Source: Candidatus Zhuqueibacterota bacterium (lineage in GTDB: Bacteria > Zhuqueibacterota > Zhuqueibacteria > Thermofontimicrobiales > Thermofontimicrobiaceae). Taken from it: a stretch of 64,000 bases of DNA. Within the stretch, counting starts at the first letter, position 1; every line of letters begins with the position of its first letter. This document shows positions 30,401-39,400 of the stretch, one piece after another. A program made the translations under genes and the position numbers. The stretch spans positions 1-64,000 of the forward strand of contig JBMOPW010000014.1 of NCBI GenBank assembly GCA_049322915.1, written 5' to 3'. The notes below the pieces were generated by a model. That model saw only the letters and a program-made list of their open reading frames with translations. It was not told where the DNA came from and did no database searches.

Positions 30401-33400
30401 CAGGCAGGGTGAATATGTCCGATCTCACTGGCACATTGAGCCCGACGGAGAGCGGCCTTTTTAGCGATGGCCGATGGAGCGGCAGCGTCCTTATTCCTCA
30501 GGCATACGAAAATGATATCATCACTGTCGTGAATCAAGCCGGGAGCGAGACTGGCAGTTCCAATATGTTCGATGTGGTGTCCAGCAGTGTGGATAGATTT
30601 GTCATTGATTTTATTGGTCAACAGAAAGCCGGTCAGGCTTTCACGCTTTCGATTGAAGCGCAGGATAATGCTGGTAACATTGTGACCAGTTTCGCAGGGA
30701 CGGTTACAATAGCCGATCTCACCGGCGCCATCTCTCCAAAAACGAGTGGGAATTTCTCCAATGGCGAGTGGTCCGGGAATGTGACCATCACTCAGAGTCT
30801 TTCTGCGAACCAGATAACAGTCACGAGCTCAGGGAAGGCAGGTACTTCCAATAACTTCAATGTCACGCATACAGACCTGGATCATTTTGCTTTCGATCAG
30901 ATTGAAAGCCCAAAGACCGCTGGCCAGTCGTTTCAAATCGTGATTACTGCGGAAGACGTTTACAACAACCGCGTGACAAGCTACGCGAGCACCGTGAATC
31001 TGACAGATGACACAGGAACGCTGACGCCCCCGGCGAGCGGCGCGTTTTCAGGTGGTCAGTGGAGCGGGAATGTCACGATTACTGCCAGTGGGACCGACGT
31101 AGTCATCACAGCCAACGGAGGCGGCAAAGCCGGATACTCCAATGCGTTCAACATTAACCCGGCAAGTTTAAATCGATTTGTGCTGGAAACAATTACAACT
31201 CAGGCGGCAAATGGGCCATTCACAATTGGCATCACCGCTCAGGATAACTTCGGCAATACCGCGACGCAGTTCACGGGAAAAGTGAATATCTCAGATTTGA
31301 CGAGCACGATCAGCCCGACCGAAAGCGGTACTTTTGACGATGGTCGCTGGTATGGGAATGTTGTCATTACTCAGGCCATTGAAAATGATGTTATTTCAGT
31401 CGTCAATCAGGGTGGCAGCCAGAGCGGTACATCCAACAGCTTTGATGTCATTTCCAGCACAGTGGACAGGTTTGTGATTGGTTTGTTGGGCAATCAGATC
31501 GCAGGTAAAGGTTTTACATTGAGTATCGAAGCGCAAGATAATGCCGGGAATTTAGTGACCAACTTCAGCGGCACAGCCTCACTGTCCGATTTGACCGGCA
31601 GCATCAGTCCGGCAACAACGGGCAGTTTCAGCGGAGGCCGGTGGTCGGGAACAGTGCGAATCATCCATGCCATCACCGGAGATCAAATTACTGTGACCAG
31701 CGGCGGCAAGGCTGGCAATTCGAACAGCTTCAATGTCACGCACGATGTGTTGGACCATTTTACGTTTACACCAATCGGAAGTCCGCAGACAGCCGGCCAG
31801 GCGTTTCAAATTAAAATTGTTGCTGAAGATGTCTACGAGAATAAGGTGACTTCGTTTACGGGCGCGGTGAATTTATCAGATAACACCGGGACATTGACGC
31901 CCGGCGTGACAACCAACTTTTTCGGCGGAGAATGGCAGGATAATGTTCAAATCACGTCCAGCGGCTCGGATAATTTGATAACCGCTACCGGCGCCGGCAA
32001 AACAGGAACATCCAATGACTTTAACGTGAATGCGGCTGCTTTGAACCGCTTTGCGATTGAGACAATCACCACCCAGGCTGCCGGAGAGCCCTTCACCATC
32101 AGGTTGACGGCTCAGGACGCATTCCTTAATACTACGACGCAGTTCTCCGGCAAGGTGAACATCTCGGATGGGACAGGCACAGTGAGCCCCACAGCGAGCG
32201 GCAATTTCGAGGAAGGGCGCTGGAGCGGAAATGTCGTCGTCTCCCAGGCATTTGTGAATAATACGATTTCTGTTGTGAACCAGAGCGGAAGCCAGAACGG
32301 AATATCCAATTATTTCGATGTGATTTCCAGTTCTGTGGATCGGTTTGTCTTTAACACAATCAGCCAGCAGGTCGCCGGGGCCTCCTTCATCGTTTCAATT
32401 CAGGCATTGGATGCTGCCGGCAATGTTGTGACAAATTTCAACGGGACGGCGTCTCTATCCGATTTGACCGGGACAATCAGCCCAACGACGACGGCGAATT
32501 TCTCTTCCGGCGTGTGGAGCGGCAGCGTGACTATCACAAAGAGCAGAACCGCAAATCAAATCACCGTGACAAGCAGTGGCAAAGCCGGAAATTCCAACAA
32601 CTTTGATGTGATACCTGCGAGCCTTCATCATTTCACCATTGAAAACATACCCAGTCCGCAGGGGGCCGGAACGGCATTTCAGATCACCGTGTACGCGATG
32701 GATAGTTACGAAAACAGGGTGACGTCATTCAATACAAACGCATCTCTTTCGGATGGAACCGGGACGATCAGCCCAACGGTGACAGGCAATTTCTCCAGCG
32801 GTCGATGGATTGGAAACGTGACGATAACCAGGAGCCAGACCGATGTTACGATTACCGTCACGAGAGATACGAAAACCGGAGTGTCCAATATTTTTAACGT
32901 GTCGCCCGGCGCGTTGTCGCTGTTTCAAATCAGCAACATCAGTACCCAGGCAGCCGGAGAGCCTTTCTATATTACTGTCACGGCGCTTGATGCGAATTCC
33001 AATGTGGCCACTCATTTTTCCGGGACAGTGAACATTTCTGACCTGACAGGAACAGTTGCGCCGACCGTGAGCAATAATTTCGATGAGGGAAAATGGTCAG
33101 GTAATGTCACCATCAGTCAGGTAAGGACTGGCAACAGAATAACCGTGGTTAATTCCGGCGGCTCCCAGAGTGGACAGTCCAACACCTTTGATGTCATTTC
33201 CAGCGATGTTGATCAATTTCTAATTTCGACAATTACGAGCCCAAAAACCGCCGGGGTGCCTTTCGAAATCACGATCACAGCAGTTGATGCAGATAATAAC
33301 GTGGTGACCAGTTTTACAGGGACGGCTTCCCTGGCTGATCAGTCCGGCACAATTTTTCCAACCACAACAACGAATTTCTCGCAAGGGAGATGGACAGGGA

Positions 33401-36400
33401 ACATCACCCTGACAAAGTATTGGAACAACAACAATATCACCGTCACCAGCAGCGGCAAGGCCGGCATTTCCAACAACTTCACGGTTTTATACAATGCGCT
33501 GGATCATTATGAATTCGACACGATCACAAGTCCCCAGACTGCCGGAACGCCGTTCACGATAAAAATTACCGCAAAAGATTTTTATAATAATATCGTTTAC
33601 AATCATTCCACGCCGGTCACGCTGTCCGATAATTCCAATACGATCACTCCGACAGTTTCCGGAAATTTCAGCTCCGGCTCATGGAGTGGCGCGGTGACAT
33701 TGACCAAGCGACAGAATGATGTTCAAATCACGGCGACTGGCAGCGGGAAGACGAATCAATCCAACAAGTTCAATGTCAATTCAGCCGTGCTTCATCATTT
33801 TGTGCTGGATACCGTGACGACCCAGGCCGCTGGAGAACCGTTCCAGTTGACAGTGACCGCGATGGATAGCTATGCCAACATCGTCTCTACATTTGCCGGC
33901 ACCGTGGATATCTCGGATTTGACCGGTACGATCTCGCCGCAGCGGAGCGGTAGTTTTCTTTCAGGCAAATGGACCGGGAATGTCACGATCACGCTTGTGA
34001 GAATCAGCGACCGGATCACGGTCGTGCGCACAGGCGGCGCCGAATCCGGCAATTCAACCTATTTCGACGTCGTTTCCAGTGACGTGAGCGAATTCACGTT
34101 TGATGCAATCACCAGCCCGAAGACCGCTGGCCAGCCATTCACCGTTAGAATCACTGCCCGGGACGATGATAACAACGTGGTGAATACGTTCAATGGCTTG
34201 CTGACGTTGAACGATTTAACCGGGACTATTACACCCAAAACGACCGGCGCCTTCACCAATGGTATATGGAGCGGAGACGTAAAAATTACAAAGTCCTACA
34301 CGAACGATAAAATTGTCGCCACCGGGCTTGGCAAGTCCGGCGAATCGAACCTGTTCACGATGAATCCCGGCAGCCTTGATCATTTCATTTTCCAGAACAT
34401 AACCAGTCCTCAGCGCGCCGGCCAGAGTTTCGAAATAACGGTTATTGCTAAAGATTCTATGGAAAACACGGTGACCAATTTCGCCTATACTGCGAATCTG
34501 AGCGATAATACCGGGACCATTTCTCCCACGACCACAACCAACTTCACCAATGGGGCCTGGTCCGATTTTGTGCGAATCACAAAAAAACAAAATGATGTGT
34601 TCATCACGGCATCCCGCCTGAATGAAACAGGGACTTCGAACCTGTTCAATGTGAACGCCGGCAACCTCGCCTCGTTGAAAGTGATGGATGCCGCCGGAGG
34701 CAAGGGACAGGAAATTGGGGATAAAACCATTACCCTCGATGATAAAATCAGCATGTACGCCGCCGGTTTTGATAGCTTTGGAAATTACAGCCGGGATGTC
34801 TTCGCAAACTGGACAGCCTCCGGAACGCTCGACGCGCCGACGCCTGCTCAGGGTACCCACACGGTATTTGATCCGGTAGCGCCAGGTACTGCCGGTAAAA
34901 TTCGTGCGGACAGCACCGGACTACTTGCCGATTCGACCGGCAATATCTCGGTTGGCAGCATTGCCTATGTGAAAATTCGGACAGCGCCCAATGGCGTTGG
35001 CATCGAATTGGGCAATACGACGATTACAGCGGACGAAAACCTTGCGCTGTACTGCGCCGGTTACGATGCCGGCAACAATTATGTCGGAGACATGAGCGTC
35101 CAATGGTCTTCCAAGGGAACGTTAGTCCCGGCAGTTTTCGATACCGGCTCTGTGATAAATTTCATGCCGTCGAAAGCGCCGGCATCCGGTAAAATATATG
35201 CAGTTCATCCCACGGCAGCCGATGATTCCACTGGCACTATAGTGGTCAACCCCGGCGTACCGGTGGGAATCATCGTATTGACGCCAACGCCGGCAGTCAT
35301 TCCAGCTACCGGTACCAGCAGTTCGGTTGTGGTCTCGGATATCATTCGGGACGCTGAATTGAATGTCATTGCAAAAAATACGCAGTTCACGGTGACAGCC
35401 ACCCTGGGAACCCTCACAACGACCGATGTAAATCCCTTGTTGCCCAATATTCAGATAGCGGCCAATGATTCGGGAAAAATTCAGTTCACCCTTCAATCCA
35501 CAACTGCCGGCGGGACTGCCTATATCAGCGTGAGCAGCGTGAATGGCAGCGCGACCGGGAATACCACGGTGATGCTGAGTAATTTGAACATTGTCTCTGT
35601 CACCAGCACGTCTTTTTCTGTCTCCCAGGGACAAACGAGTGTGCCCGTCGATTTGGTTGTCGAGAATCTGAGCGCCAGCACAATTTCCAATTTGGCGTCG
35701 GGGTTGGTGTTCACGGGACCAGCGCCGCTATTCGAGAATCGCAACGCCGATTTCCCCAGCGTGATTCGAACCGATGGCATTACGTCCATTCCAAGCGGAG
35801 GAATTCGGACGCTGAAATTTCTCGTCACTGTCAGCGCAAATGCACGAACAGACTCTGTCACCATCGATGGCTGGATTTCCGGATTGATCAACAGCGTGGC
35901 CGTCAACGATACATTTGCACTGGCTCCGTGGAAATGGGTAGTGCAAACGCCACCCATTTTGAAGATTACCAGAATTTCCTCTCTGCTGACGGAAGTGAGC
36001 CAGGGCCGGACAGGTGTGAATGTCTCGATGACGGTGCTGAATCAGGGACAGGCAACGGCCAATGTCACGCTGGATACGTTGAGTTTCTGGTCCGTGAATT
36101 TATCAAAAAGCGTCACCGGGGAGTATCAAATTATTCCATCCATGACCAATCCCCAGACGATTCCAGGGACGAATGGGCGGGCGAAATTTGATTTCACTGT
36201 GAATATTGGCTCGGCAGCGACGCTGGGACAGGTGATTGTCAATGGCGAAATTCGCGGGACAGATGCCAACAGCGGCGCGCTGAAGACAGACAATTCGGCG
36301 GATACCACCCACGCGTGGGTGGTTCAAAATGCGCCGATTGTGGGCATCACTGGTTTTTATCCATCTCAACTGCAGGTGACTAAATCGCAGACTGTGCCGT

Positions 36401-39400
36401 GGTCGCTGACGATGATCGTTGCCAATAACGGCGGCACCGCAGTGAGACTGGACAGCGCCCGAACGTCGTTTCTGTTGGGCGGGACAGATGTTTCCGCAGA
36501 GTATACCGTCAGCAATCCCATTCGATTCGTGAAATCCGGGACAAATCTACTCGCTGGCGGGACAGTCGATACCCTGAAATACATCGTCACAAAAACCGGC
36601 GCCAGCGTTGGTCAGTTGACAATTCGGGGGATGATGTACCTCAGAGACATGGGAACTGGCAATCCGATCTCCGATGAAACCTACAGCGGTGTTTTGGTGC
36701 AGGAGCCGGCGCAGTTGAGAATTGTCACTATTTTACCCTCACAAACCAGCGTCACGCGAAACCAGGGGCAGGACTGGTTTGTGCGAGTCGTGCTGAATAA
36801 CGAAGGCGGTTCGGAAATTAGCATCGATACAAATGTCGCCAATACTTTTATCAGATTTAGCACCGGCAATGACTTTGTGATCAGGCAGCCTGATTCGTTG
36901 AGCAATGGTGGACTGTCCCTCGAAGCCGGAACTGTGGATACGCTCGTATTTACAATCGACGGCGCCGGCACGACTCCGGGGAATTGCATCATCTCGTCCC
37001 AGGTATGGGGATGGCAAACGACCAGCGGCGATTCAACGATTGCGACATTCACTCGCACTGCACCAATTCTGGTTCAGGAGCCGGCAAAGCTGCGCATTCT
37101 ATCGGTCGTGAGCAAAGCCCCCAATTTTCCAAATGTGAACAAAGCCCAGGTTTTCCCGGTTCATGTCACGCTGGAAAATAACGGCGATGATGAAGTCGCC
37201 AACGCGTACGCAAAACTGACATCCAGCGGCAATTCGATCGGGGATTCACTATCGCTTCATTTCCAGAATATCCCCGGCAATGGCGGAAAGAAAGAGCAAA
37301 TCCTGAGTATCAAGGCAGATAGCCTGGCAACGCAGCCGGAACTATTCCAGGTGGCCATCTCCCGCGCCTTTGCCCAGAATACCAACGAGCCGGCCGGCAT
37401 CACGCGCGAGTTGGCAGTTGATTCGACGGAGACCGTGATCATTCAAAATCCGGCGAGATTTCAGATCACGAAAACAGTGATGCCTGATTCAATTCTGGCG
37501 TCCCAGGTTGCATCTTGGAAAATAAAGCTGGTGGTGGCAAATAGTGGACAGGCGGGGACAGTACTGGAGATGCCTGGCGCGGATGATATTACGATCAAAG
37601 TGAATGATGTAATTCAGAGGGATTATTTCATTGAGCCGCCGACAGCCCTTCAGGGCGGCGGTCTGGAGTTGGCTGGCGGCAGCACGGACACGTTGATTTA
37701 TACCGTCTCCATCACCGGCAAGGAAGCCGGAAGCGCTGCGATGGAGGCGATTGTTCAATCCAATGATAAAAATGACCAGCATGTGCTCATCGCTCCGGGG
37801 AGATACGATTTTACAATTCGATCCTCGGCTGCGGTGCAGCTTTTCAAGACCGAGGCGATTTGCTTCAACTATGACGGAGAAAAAGGGCTGGTGAACCGGG
37901 GACAGGTTTTTCCCATTCGCGTGTCTGTGCAGAATCTGGGACGAAAATCGGTCCGCGATGTGATTGTCCAATTGACGACCAGCGGTAATTCGCACCTTGC
38001 GTCGAATCAATTGACGATCGACTCGATCAACTATAATGAAATTAAATATGCAGATTTTCAGATTACAGCCGACTCGGCGGCGGTCAATCTGAATGAATTA
38101 TTCACATCAGAGGTGCTTTCGGCCATCGAATACGACACAGGATTCCCTGCTGTCATAGACAACAGCGGTGATAGCCGGGCGCGCATTGCGATACATGATT
38201 CTGCCAGGCTTCAGATGAGCGCCTGGACGGAGACAGGGGATTCGGTCTACACAATCAGCCAGCAATTCACAGTGAATGTACAGGTGGCCAATCTGGGTGA
38301 ATTGCCCGCAGGTGTCGATGAATCCGGGCTGATTGGACTGTTCGTTCCTGAGAGTTATCGGATCATTGTCGGAGAAGATACTCTTGAAAATAATCATGTC
38401 CTCTCGTTTTTGCCGGGCGAAATACAGCAGTTCTCAATCCTGACGCCGGAGGTGGCGTCCGGACCTGACTCGCTGTTTGTTTCCCTTTTAAATACTCCCC
38501 GTGATAAAAACATCAACCAGCGGGCGCAAGTGGCGCGCGGGCAGGATACCATCCTGGTTCGAACCGAAGCATCGAATATATTGTACTCCACCTCAGTCGT
38601 GGCGCCGGACGGTGCATTGGACAAAATCGTTTCCACGCATCAATTGTTCAGAATTCAATCATCCATTCGGTTCTCAGGCAACCTGACGAATGTGGAGGCG
38701 ATTCTGAAATTGCCGGATGATATTGGCCAGCCGCAATACAGTTTTCAATTTCACAGCGGGCTCAGGGATACTGTTAAAGACATCGCGTCCCACCAGCCGG
38801 TACTGTGGGACATTGTTGCGCCGGACGCGCGCGATGAGCAATTCCGAAATTTTGAAGTGACAATCAGCGCAACGGAGAAGGGCAATCCGGTTCGGTTGTT
38901 ATTTCGGGATTCGGTGAATGTGAAAGCGGTGAATCGGGCGCGACTCAATTTGAATGCTGAAATTACATCCCCGGAAGGCGCCCGCGAGGGACGCCTGACG
39001 GTGGGGCAGAATTTTGAAATTAAGGCTACGGTTAGCAACATGGGGGATGCGGCGACTTTCGGTCAGGGCTTCCTGAAAATGAATTTGGGCTCTGCCGGAT
39101 TTGACTTTGCCGACACTTCAGAAACACACGTGAAACCGTTTGCCATTGATACAGCCGTGGTCTGGAATTTGAAAGCGCCGGCCGAGGTGACATCGCTCTC
39201 GTACATCACGGTTGTTTATGAAGACAAGCCGAACGATGAAAATACTGGCATGGATGCATGGACCAATGAAAAAGATGCCGCTTCGATCAGCGTGGAAACC
39301 GTGGAAGCGGGCGATCTGAGTCTGGAGATTTTCATCCAGGGACCTGAGGGCGCAAAGGACAGCGTTCTCTCCAGCTATCAGGAATTTGTCATCGGCGCGA

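Noticed and set aside
27952..34659. Periodic DNA similarity as a possible CRISPR array or DGR
   Set aside because: These are degenerate in-frame protein repeats, with no identical repeats and spacers, no cas genes and no reverse transcriptase.
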